A stretch of DNA of 64,000 bases from Clostridia bacterium (GTDB lineage: Bacteria > Bacillota > Clostridia > UMGS1883). The notes beneath the pieces are model-generated. The model was not told the origin of the DNA and searched no databases. It worked only from the letters and a program-made list of their open reading frames with translations. The stretch is taken from positions 11,208 through 75,207 of the forward strand of contig JAZORN010000001.1 of NCBI GenBank assembly GCA_045656645.1, in the 5' to 3' direction. Position numbers and translations under genes: made by a program. This document shows, piece after piece, positions 27,675 to 36,198 of this stretch (within the stretch, counting starts at the first letter, position 1; the number at the start of each line of letters is the position of its first letter).

Positions 27675-27703
27675 CTTATATCATATATAGCGAATTTTGT
27701 CAA
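27675..27703 (-). promoter_or_regulatory. Sigma-A-type promoter for the acidic-tail protein gene
   Basis: On the minus strand: TTGACA (27698-27703), a 17-nt spacer, then TATAAG (27675-27680). It lies about 45 nt upstream of the ATG at 27628 and just downstream of the DUF2264 gene stop. Confidence 0.5.
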
Positions 27704-27713
27704 TAAATTCGGC

Positions 27714-29348
27714 TTAACCCAAGCTTGGGTACTTGATGATTGTCTGGATTGTTGTCTTTCCCTTTGGAAAGACATATTTTACAGCTTTCATATTGGTGCG
27801 CGGATTTATCAGATTGGTGTTTGGACTGCATTCAAGGATGATTTGTTCTCCGCTTCCGCTTATGCTTCCTTCATCGCAGGAAGGTGTTGCAAAGCCACAA
27901 TCATATGCACTGCATTCTTCTTCGCAAAAGACAGTATGTCTTCTGATATGACCTGCCTCTATGGGAATTATTTCAGTTTCAACCTCAATCCCTTTAAACG
28001 GTGACCATTTTGAATAAACGGTACCATTTTCTTTAATTTTGTATTCCTCACACTTTCTTCGCACATAAATCATACCATCAATTTCGAAAGCCAGCATACT
28101 GTCGGTGCCTGCCTGTTCTATATTGAAATACGACCTTGGAACACTGAATGCAAACTTTGAGCTATATGCAAACTTTGAATATTTACATTCACCATGTACA
28201 GGGCCCCAGGTTGCCCACTGTCCTGCAGTAAGTGCAATAACATGTCCACTATAGCGCTGAATTGTCATATATGCTTCGGGAATTACACGCATACTGTCAA
28301 GCTTGGGCAGTGGCAGTGCTTCCTCTTTAAAAAACCGATGTTCATCATCAAGTGCAAGTATAAGGAATGTCTTGAGTGCCCAGTAGGGTGAACCGTAGCT
28401 GTTGTATTGCTCTGCCATAATGAGATTGGGATACGCATACCCAACTGTTAAAACGTCTGCGTTATCCATAATAGGCTGCGACATCCACCACTCAAGATTT
28501 CTTGAAATAATACCTTTCATAACACCTATCGGGAAAGGCTCAATTTCCGCAAACACGCACGCACTCCAGAAGCAGCACTGTGCAAACCGATAAGTAAGTG
28601 AGCGCCCAAAAGCAAGCGCACTGCCGTCATCGGCAAACCAGTATATGAAATCCTTTGCAAATATCATTGCACGCTCTTTAAACTTTTTACTGTTTACGGG
28701 GTCATCCTTTTCCATAACCTTTGCATAAATCAATCCGTAAAAATAAATTGCAAACGGAACGTAATAATCAGCCTGATCTCTGCAACCGTCATGATACCAT
28801 CCATTTGACACATAGAAGCCATCAATGCATTCCAGTGCTTTTTCAATCGTTTCCATGCTATACGATGCACCGACGCTTTTAAGTCCTATATTTACAATAA
28901 CTGCAAAGAATTTCCAGTTATTCTCTTTACATTCTGCCGTATTTATTTGCAGCAGCCATTTATGCAGATTTTCCTTTTGCTTATCTGACAATGGCTCCCA
29001 TATCTTGGACGGAGCTAAAATAAGGGCTAACCCAATCGCCGCCGTTTCAACCATTTTTTGGCTAAAGCTTTCTATATCTCCCCAATATTCACTGTGGTCA
29101 GGGTCAGTACCATTTATAATTCCCTGCAGATAAATTCTTTCAAAGTCTTTATCCTCGCCTCCTCCGCCCCATAGAGGTGCAAGTCCCCACAATACTCTTG
29201 AAAACCCCTCTAAAAGAGCACTCGCTTCATCATATTGCGCACCAAAATCTCCGCATTTAATACCTGCGCATCCCGGCGTGTAATGCTCTTTCAAAGGATT
29301 AATTATTTTTTTAAGACAGTTAATATAATCTGATTTTGTATGTAACAT
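27714..29348 (-). CDS. DUF2264-type protein ((alpha/alpha) toroid plus beta-sandwich; candidate uronidase)
   Basis: 544 aa with no signal peptide. The N-terminal pattern INPLKEHYTPGCAGIKCGDFGAQYDEASALLEGFSRVLWGLAPLW matches my recollection of DUF2264 proteins. It is immediately upstream of a GH88 gene. Confidence 0.55.
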   Translation of the reverse strand: MLHTKSDYINCLKKIINPLKEHYTPGCAGIKCGDFGAQYDEASALLEGFSRVLWGLAPLWGGGGEDKDFERIYLQGIINGTDPDHSEYWGDIESFSQKMVETAAIGLALILAPSKIWEPLSDKQKENLHKWLLQINTAECKENNWKFFAVIVNIGLKSVGASYSMETIEKALECIDGFYVSNGWYHDGCRDQADYYVPFAIYFYGLIYAKVMEKDDPVNSKKFKERAMIFAKDFIYWFADDGSALAFGRSLTYRFAQCCFWSACVFAEIEPFPIGVMKGIISRNLEWWMSQPIMDNADVLTVGYAYPNLIMAEQYNSYGSPYWALKTFLILALDDEHRFFKEEALPLPKLDSMRVIPEAYMTIQRYSGHVIALTAGQWATWGPVHGECKYSKFAYSSKFAFSVPRSYFNIEQAGTDSMLAFEIDGMIYVRRKCEEYKIKENGTVYSKWSPFKGIEVETEIIPIEAGHIRRHTVFCEEECSAYDCGFATPSCDEGSISGSGEQIILECSPNTNLINPRTNMKAVKYVFPKGKTTIQTIIKYPSLG

Positions 29349-29369
29349 AATCCAATCCCCCCTATGATT

Positions 29370-30503
29370 TTACCATATAGAGAAGTCGTTCCCCCTGAGC
29401 TTAAGCAATGCCTCTGCAAAGAAGAAGTCACCGTATATTATAGGAATGTGTACACCATCCATAGATTTATGTGGATACTTTGAAGTACCCATCTGCACAA
29501 CAGAATCCTCATCCTCGCTGTAATTACAGCATTTTTCATCCGTTGCTTTTAAAATTTTAATAGCAGCCTCGGTGTATACCTTTGCCTCTGCTTCTGAAAC
29601 ATATTTTGCTAATTCCAATAATCCGCAGGCGGTACAAAGACCTGCCGTACTGTCATAATACATAGCAGCAGAAGAAGGAATTCTGAAATCCACCGGAGCG
29701 ATATAGTCATATGCCGCACAGTTTACAATAAAATAATTGGCTGTTTTTATAGCAGCATCTAAATAATCCTTTTTCTTTGTATAGGCATATGAAATAACAT
29801 AACCGTACACCGCCCACGCAAGTCCGCGCGACCAACAGGAATTTTCGTCATATCCCTGACCGCCGTGAACTCTTATAACCTCACCATTCTCTGGATTATG
29901 CTCAACAATATGATTAACACTTCCATCTGCTCTTACGTGGTCGATTAATGCCATATCCGCATGCCGCATCGCTATTTTTTTGAAACGCGTGTCACCGATT
30001 TCTTCGGATGCCCAGTACAGAAGTGGCAAATTCATCAGGCAGTCAATGATTGACCATCCTTCATTATTTTCGCCATTCCATGCTCTGATGTACCCTCCGT
30101 CTATATTAAACCTTGATGCAAGGGTAGCTGCGCAGTACAAATTTTTGTTGTATGCCTTCTTGTCACCCGTTATCCGATAATTTGCACCTGATGTAAGATG
30201 CCACATAAAACCAACATCGTGGTATAAGCCTTCAAAATTCTCGAGCGCCGCATCAAGTAAATTTTCGCAGGCAACCGCCGTAGTTTTATATTCATCACAT
30301 CCGGTTTCTTTATACATAAGCCACATCAGACCGCCCCAGAAGCCGTTTGTCCACCACTCCGGGTCAATCTCTGCCATATTGTTGTGCGTACCGTCTACTG
30401 TTGTGTAGGGTATCTTATTTCTGCTTTTCACAGCAACCCTTCGAAGCTTTTTATCAAGCTTTTCAAAGGTTAAATCCACCCACTCTTTTGTTGAAATATC
30501 CAT
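29370..30503 (-). CDS. GH88 unsaturated glucuronyl hydrolase
   Basis: 377 aa with blocks WWTNGFWGGLMWLMY, YHDVGFMW and (alpha/alpha)6-type repeats, resembling Bacillus UGL from memory. AAAGGAG RBS. No signal peptide. Confidence 0.75.
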   Translation of the reverse strand: MDISTKEWVDLTFEKLDKKLRRVAVKSRNKIPYTTVDGTHNNMAEIDPEWWTNGFWGGLMWLMYKETGCDEYKTTAVACENLLDAALENFEGLYHDVGFMWHLTSGANYRITGDKKAYNKNLYCAATLASRFNIDGGYIRAWNGENNEGWSIIDCLMNLPLLYWASEEIGDTRFKKIAMRHADMALIDHVRADGSVNHIVEHNPENGEVIRVHGGQGYDENSCWSRGLAWAVYGYVISYAYTKKKDYLDAAIKTANYFIVNCAAYDYIAPVDFRIPSSAAMYYDSTAGLCTACGLLELAKYVSEAEAKVYTEAAIKILKATDEKCCNYSEDEDSVVQMGTSKYPHKSMDGVHIPIIYGDFFFAEALLKLRGNDFSIW

Positions 30504-30518
30504 TTTTCAATAGCTCCT

Positions 30519-31661
30519 TTATCGTATCTTTGCATCAGGTAACAGATTCTCTTTATATGCACCAAGAAGTGTTTCGTACATTTTTGGTACATATACATAC
30601 GGACTTTCATTTTTTAAATATGTTTCGGTCTCATTCTCGCCAAAAACGTATGTTTCGTCTAAATGCTCCATTACCATTTCAACGGCAAGTGCTTGCGGGA
30701 GGGCAGTTTTTAAATTACAGGTAATTAGTTCCTTTTCCCCTGCAGCCGCCATAACGCATTTAAGGAATTTATCCTCGTTAGACTGGCACCACCCGTAGTC
30801 CTTTACCTCTCCGTTATTAAATGTACCGATAAGGGTATTTTCATCCTCTGAATATCTTACCGAGCCGTTTTCAAATAAAAGCTCAAGCTCGCGCCCGTGC
30901 TTCTTATCGGTAGTATGCGAGGCAAAATACAAAATCGGCGTATCCGCATCCGTTTCCAACCACAATGCTGCCGTATCGAAGGTTTCCAGCTTGTTCGCAT
31001 TATAAAGCCTTACCTCTGCCGATTTTGGGAATGCCGCACTGTCAATTTTGTCACCAAGAAGAAACAGCAAAGCCTCCAGAGTATGTGCACAGGCGTTATT
31101 TACAATACTGTCGTTAATCATACGTCCGTCGGGTGATTTGATTTTGCCTGACCAGCTTCGTGCGTTAAAGTATTTCCTGGCACGAGGATAGAAGGTAACT
31201 GTTTTAAAGAGCTTTGGTCTTCCCCATACGCCGTCCATAATATCCTTCTTCAGGCTTAAAATATTATCTGCAAAGCAATGCTGAAATCCCACCGCAACAA
31301 ATCTGTCACCCTGCGATGCTATCATTTCTTCAACGTCACTGCTGCAGCCTGCCGCAGGTTTTTCACAAAGCACATTGCTTCCGTGCTTTAATGCACATAG
31401 GGTATGCTCCTTATGAAGATGTATGGGGGTGCTGACAATGCACAAATCTGCGCTGTTTTCAGCATAAAAATCCTCCATACTTTTGTAAAAGCGTGTGTTG
31501 TGCTCTTTAAGCTTTTCAATGGTTTCCTGCGGCACGGGATTTGGTTCAACACCACCGACAAGTCTGACACGATCGCTGTGCTTTAGTATTAAATCTATAT
31601 ATTGACCGCCAAAGCCCCCCACCCCAACGAGCAGGACACTCACCTTTTTGTCTGTACTCAT
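30519..31661 (-). CDS. Gfo/Idh/MocA-family oxidoreductase
   Basis: 380 aa with Rossmann start VSVLLVGVGGFGG and EKP motif NVLCEKPAAG. Confidence 0.8.
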   Translation of the reverse strand: MSTDKKVSVLLVGVGGFGGQYIDLILKHSDRVRLVGGVEPNPVPQETIEKLKEHNTRFYKSMEDFYAENSADLCIVSTPIHLHKEHTLCALKHGSNVLCEKPAAGCSSDVEEMIASQGDRFVAVGFQHCFADNILSLKKDIMDGVWGRPKLFKTVTFYPRARKYFNARSWSGKIKSPDGRMINDSIVNNACAHTLEALLFLLGDKIDSAAFPKSAEVRLYNANKLETFDTAALWLETDADTPILYFASHTTDKKHGRELELLFENGSVRYSEDENTLIGTFNNGEVKDYGWCQSNEDKFLKCVMAAAGEKELITCNLKTALPQALAVEMVMEHLDETYVFGENETETYLKNESPYVYVPKMYETLLGAYKENLLPDAKIR

Positions 31662-31686
31662 TATCTGTCTTCCTTTCAGATATTTT

Positions 31687-31723
31687 GACTGCCGCCTGTA
31701 ATCAGGCGGCAGTCCCTTTTTTT
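31687..31723 (+). terminator. GC-rich hairpin with its T-tract on the plus strand only
   Basis: Stem gactgccgcctg (31687-31698), loop taat, stem caggcggcagtc (31703-31714), then ccttttttt (T-run 31717-31723). On the minus strand the hairpin is followed by AAAATATC, so it is not a canonical minus-strand terminator. Confidence 0.4.
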
Positions 31724-31736
31724 AGAAGTAAGCTTC

Positions 31737-34700
31737 TCAGCTTTTCAGTTGTCTGTAAATATTAATGTTGTCAATCCATATTTTTGCGCTGGCGTGGTTA
31801 TATTTAATCATAAATCTGTTAATTCCATTCGCTCCGCCTGCATCAATTGCAACATTTTCTAACGAAGGAGTTGCGCTATCGCCAACATACAAATCTGCTG
31901 TCTTATTTCTCTCGTCAATAACTATCTTGATATGAACAGGCGTGTCGCCTCCAACATTAACATTATTAACTACATTGGTTTGTTCAGCGGCAGCATTAGC
32001 TTCTGTGGTTGCAAGCTTCAATACGTTGTCCTCCTCCACGCGCAACACACAAACCTCAGTACTACCATTACGCAACATTATGTTAAAGCCGAAAGTTTTA
32101 CATAAATCAAACTCAACAACAGTTTCCGTCGTTGCATCTGCAGCAGCTCCAAGTGTCACGGTCTCACTCAGGTTACCTCTTGAATGGTTTTTTCCGGTAG
32201 TTGACATTCCTATATTACCGTTTATTGCAGTTGCAGTAAAGGTTCCTGTTCCATTATTACCACCCAATAAAACTCTGCCTTCAACAGTATCACCTTCGTT
32301 ATATCCGTCAAAGTTTTTATTAAACAGATTAATGGGGTACGTAACAGCCGGCGGCGTAGGAGGTGCAGGCGGTGTAGGAGGTGTAGGCGGTGTCACGGAG
32401 GGTTCCCCTCCTGTCGGAGCAACACGCTCACTTATTCTGACGTTATCGATATATACTGCGTTATCAGAATCGGTTACAGCCTGTGTATATATCATAAATT
32501 CATTACATTTAACCTGCGCTAATGAGGTAGCGTTATAAGCATTCAATGGTCCTTTGGAAACACCGTCAAGGAAGATTTCTCCTGTCAGGTCATCCTTATT
32601 GATAACCATCTTACATTCGTATACCTGACCTGCTACTGCATTATTTTTCATTCCAAGGAATGCGGTATATCTAACCAGATCCTGCCCGCCACCCTTCAGC
32701 TTGAATGCTAACAGGTTTTGGGTCGGTATATCCTTAAACATCATACTCCATTCAATAACAATCTGATCATTCGTTTCCGTTGCGGCATTATAACCACCAA
32801 GGATGTTGAAAGCTTTATCGCTGTTTAATTGAATTGTGAAGGTTCTGCTCATTGTTGAATCAGACGGTATCTTGATACTCATACTCTGTACATTTGCGTC
32901 GGAGCTGTTAAAGGTAAAGCTACCGTCAGCATTTCCGTTTGTCTGATATGTTGCATTTCCGCCTACTGTAGCCTTACCATCCAAACCGCTAAAGGAAGTA
33001 GTTGTCGCAACAGTATCAAACTTCTCATAAACAAGGTATCCCGGTTCAAGTGTTTCCGGAGGTATCTCTATTATTTCTTTATCCCAGAAAGTAACACCAC
33101 CTGGCAGATCGTCGCAGGGATAGTTCCTTAAAATAATGCAGTCAACGGGGGCAAGTGCCGATCCGTCTATCATAAGCACATCGCCTATCATAATGTCGCC
33201 GTAGGAGGCAAGCTCCATCGACTTTGAGGCATAATCAAATATCCAGATGCTCTTACATGCGGAAAAGTCATTGGGTACCTTCTTGTCATAGTAGAATGCG
33301 CCGGTACCATCTGAGCCAATCGTAGTATTATTTGCTGGTGTCATAATTCTGGAGAAATAGTGACCGGCAGAATTCACCAAAATCTCTCCTGTTGAGGAAA
33401 ATCCTGTGACGATACCTTTTCTTATATTATCGCCCTTCCATCTGCCTGCAAAGGTTCCCTGATTATTGGGCATCTGCTGCACACCATTTTTCGCACGCAT
33501 TACTATTTCAACATAACGTATATCATTTCCGCGGTCCTTACCCACTACGATAATATCACCGGGTCTGATATTATCCTCATCGACATAGGGGTTAGAGGCT
33601 CCCGAAAATGTTGAGAAGTCAACTAAGGTTTTTCCGTTACCGCCCGATGCCGTCGATATATAATCGAATATATCCTCCTGCTTAACGGGTACATAGCTTG
33701 TTGTAGAGGTGCTTAACTGACGCTCAATCAGTCTGGTATTTGGTGCAACCGTTCCGGTATATGCACCCGCTCTGGAAAATCCGCGAATCTGGTAGGAACC
33801 GTCATTCTTAGGTGATACGGATTTTACTACAACAAGGGGCATACTGGTTACCGATTCACGAGGAAGCGCTTTGTAGTTCAGGACAAGATTTGCCTGTGTA
33901 CTTCCTTCAATAGCGTAGAACCACATTTTTGTCTGTATTGTGTTCAGAATTTTTGCATCCATTACATTAAAATTATCTTCACTGTAGTCAAGTGCAATGC
34001 AGGAAAAGATTTTTGCATTATCTGCCATCTTGATGAAATCCACGCCCTTGGTAACTGAGTGGTCACCCGCTTTTGAGTCATAGAACATCTTTTGTGCGGG
34101 TACATACGTATAACCATATCGTCCCGGAGCGTTCATAAGTGTAAGCTTGTTATACTTTACATCGGGAATGTCGGGCACCAAAATTGAGGTTATTTTTCCT
34201 TCATCATTGGTTTTGTAATAAACCATTTTTCTGGAGGCTATGTTCGATTTATCCTCATCGGTAAGCCAGGGACGGTGGTAAAACGGCTTTGCAGGATCGG
34301 TTTTGCTGCTGCCCTCTGTAACGAATTCCGCCTGATTTTCCGTCAGCCATAGGTAATATTTACGGTTTTCTGCAGGTACGTTTGCTGCCGTATCTACAAG
34401 GCTTGCAACCGCTGTCTTTTCTACTTTCCCGCTATTGGGATTATACGCTGTGATTTCCTTCTCTGTTTCAAGGATAACAATATTTCCCTCGGTCGTCAGG
34501 ATTTTAAACTCTGAGGTTCCTCTGATTCCTGATTTCGCGCCGTAACCCATAATTAAACCGTAGTCACCGGCTGCCGCATTTCCCATATCAAAGGCGGCAA
34601 TGTTTCCGTCAACATCCAGATAATAGGTTGTTTTTAATCCAAGCTTTAAAAGCGCCTGCGGGAAGGAAGGGCTTCTCTTGTAATCAGCATCGAAGGTAAT

Positions 34701-36176
34701 CTCTATTGCCTCACCATCAGTATTTGCGTTTTCATCCACAACCTTGAGGCTATATGTTTCACCATCTGCTATCGCAAATATCTGTCCCCTGATCTTTTGT
34801 GTTGAAACACGAAGCTCGTACACCTTTTTATCAAGGGATTCATATATTGACACAACATTTTTCGGCTCAATATCGCCAAGCTCTATCTTGATTCCTTCCT
34901 CGTTATAAACAACAAGCTCAGCGTCATTGTCCTTATTCATAACGAGCTCTTCTACCTTTGCGGTTTTGTCAGCGTTATAAACATAGTGTGTAATTTTTCC
35001 GTTCATTGTGCTGACAGTGTTTATCAGATAGGAGTTGTATGCACCGATTACAATAACATCGTATTTGTTGTCGAGGTTATTGTCAATAAGCTTAACGGAT
35101 ATTGATTTTCCCTCCTGGGGCGCATTTGCTACAGCAGCTGCCACAGCAGGATCACTCATATTTGCGTAAACGCCGTTAAAAATACACGCTTCATCTGCTA
35201 CAACCTTACTCTCTGCGCGGTTATCACGCTCATAGCTTATGGTGAAGCCGGGGCTTGTATGCTTGTATGTAACCTCATCCTTATCGGTTAAAAACAAAAC
35301 ATTGTTATATCTGTCAATATGGGAGAAAAAGATGATTTCCTTTATACCGCCATCTTCATTATAATACGCCTTTACCTCATATCCTAAATATGCGGCAATA
35401 TTGGTATTTCCGACAAAGTAAACCTCCCCATTGATTTCAACCTGATTTTCAGAAACAGTCGAAGGGGCTTTTATACCGGTTATACCATTTTGTGTTATAA
35501 CTCCGCGAACGGATTTTATTTTAAATCTGTCTTCAAGAATGGTTCTACCTTCCTGTATCTGCTCCACCCTATCACCATCTGAAAAATAGTACGATGCATC
35601 AAAAAGGTCGACCTCCAGCGCATTGAATATCAGTTCCACAATCTCCTTATGGGTGAGGGCTGCTTTATTCTCAACCTTAACGCCGTCTAAAAGGTCGGTT
35701 TTCATAGCAACCGACATATAACCTTCGGGATATCCGCCGGCACTCTGTGCGGCAGTGTCGTAGCCAAGCACTGAAACGAGTATTTTAACCGCCTGCTCAT
35801 AGGTCACTATACCCTGCGGGTCAAATTTTTCACTGTCCACACCCGATATAATTCCCAGCTTATAAGCCGTGATGATTTCACTGTAGGCTTCATGTTCCGG
35901 CGGAACATCGTAAAACCGATCAAATTCTTCTGTCATTTCAATTGTATTCACTTTCAGCAGCTTGGTCGCCATAACTACCATTTCTGCACGTGTTACGGCA
36001 TCCTCCGCATTAAAAGACGCTGCATCTTCACCATCGATGATGTCTAACGCAACTAAGGCGTTAACCATTTCATCAAATTTGGTGTTCTTGGCAGTACTCT
36101 GCGCATAGCCTGAAACCGGTATACAGCTAAAAAGCATTATTATTGCCAAAAACAACGAAAATTTTCTTAAATTCAT
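31737..36176 (-). CDS. Large SLH-anchored cell-surface protein (1479 aa) with two C-terminal LamG-like modules and no recognised catalytic domain
   Basis: ORF track gives 31737..36263. I trimmed it to ATG at 36176 (MNLRKFSLFLAIIMLFSCIPVSGYAQ signal peptide), which has AAGGAGG 7 nt upstream. Three N-terminal SLH repeats (for example FYDVPPEHEAYSEIITAYKLGIISG). A Pro/Thr linker PTPPTPPAPPTPP separates two modules that end VYIDNVRISE and IWIDNINIYRQ. Confidence 0.7.
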   Translation of the reverse strand: MNLRKFSLFLAIIMLFSCIPVSGYAQSTAKNTKFDEMVNALVALDIIDGEDAASFNAEDAVTRAEMVVMATKLLKVNTIEMTEEFDRFYDVPPEHEAYSEIITAYKLGIISGVDSEKFDPQGIVTYEQAVKILVSVLGYDTAAQSAGGYPEGYMSVAMKTDLLDGVKVENKAALTHKEIVELIFNALEVDLFDASYYFSDGDRVEQIQEGRTILEDRFKIKSVRGVITQNGITGIKAPSTVSENQVEINGEVYFVGNTNIAAYLGYEVKAYYNEDGGIKEIIFFSHIDRYNNVLFLTDKDEVTYKHTSPGFTISYERDNRAESKVVADEACIFNGVYANMSDPAVAAAVANAPQEGKSISVKLIDNNLDNKYDVIVIGAYNSYLINTVSTMNGKITHYVYNADKTAKVEELVMNKDNDAELVVYNEEGIKIELGDIEPKNVVSIYESLDKKVYELRVSTQKIRGQIFAIADGETYSLKVVDENANTDGEAIEITFDADYKRSPSFPQALLKLGLKTTYYLDVDGNIAAFDMGNAAAGDYGLIMGYGAKSGIRGTSEFKILTTEGNIVILETEKEITAYNPNSGKVEKTAVASLVDTAANVPAENRKYYLWLTENQAEFVTEGSSKTDPAKPFYHRPWLTDEDKSNIASRKMVYYKTNDEGKITSILVPDIPDVKYNKLTLMNAPGRYGYTYVPAQKMFYDSKAGDHSVTKGVDFIKMADNAKIFSCIALDYSEDNFNVMDAKILNTIQTKMWFYAIEGSTQANLVLNYKALPRESVTSMPLVVVKSVSPKNDGSYQIRGFSRAGAYTGTVAPNTRLIERQLSTSTTSYVPVKQEDIFDYISTASGGNGKTLVDFSTFSGASNPYVDEDNIRPGDIIVVGKDRGNDIRYVEIVMRAKNGVQQMPNNQGTFAGRWKGDNIRKGIVTGFSSTGEILVNSAGHYFSRIMTPANNTTIGSDGTGAFYYDKKVPNDFSACKSIWIFDYASKSMELASYGDIMIGDVLMIDGSALAPVDCIILRNYPCDDLPGGVTFWDKEIIEIPPETLEPGYLVYEKFDTVATTTSFSGLDGKATVGGNATYQTNGNADGSFTFNSSDANVQSMSIKIPSDSTMSRTFTIQLNSDKAFNILGGYNAATETNDQIVIEWSMMFKDIPTQNLLAFKLKGGGQDLVRYTAFLGMKNNAVAGQVYECKMVINKDDLTGEIFLDGVSKGPLNAYNATSLAQVKCNEFMIYTQAVTDSDNAVYIDNVRISERVAPTGGEPSVTPPTPPTPPAPPTPPAVTYPINLFNKNFDGYNEGDTVEGRVLLGGNNGTGTFTATAINGNIGMSTTGKNHSRGNLSETVTLGAAADATTETVVEFDLCKTFGFNIMLRNGSTEVCVLRVEEDNVLKLATTEANAAAEQTNVVNNVNVGGDTPVHIKIVIDERNKTADLYVGDSATPSLENVAIDAGGANGINRFMIKYNHASAKIWIDNINIYRQLKS

Positions 36177-36198
36177 TGCATTACCTCCTTGTAGCCTT

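Noticed and set aside
27144-28004. 286-aa plus-strand ORF, the longest plus-strand ORF apart from the AraC gene
   Set aside because: It is antisense to two well-supported minus-strand genes and runs straight across their intergenic promoter. It has low-complexity Ser/Ile/Leu-rich composition, no RBS and no recognisable motif. It is a shadow ORF.
32341-32400. GC-rich short tandem repeat (ggcggtgtaggaggtg-type units)
   Set aside because: It is the coding sequence of the Pro/Thr linker PTPPTPPAPPTPP in the SLH protein, not a non-coding repeat.
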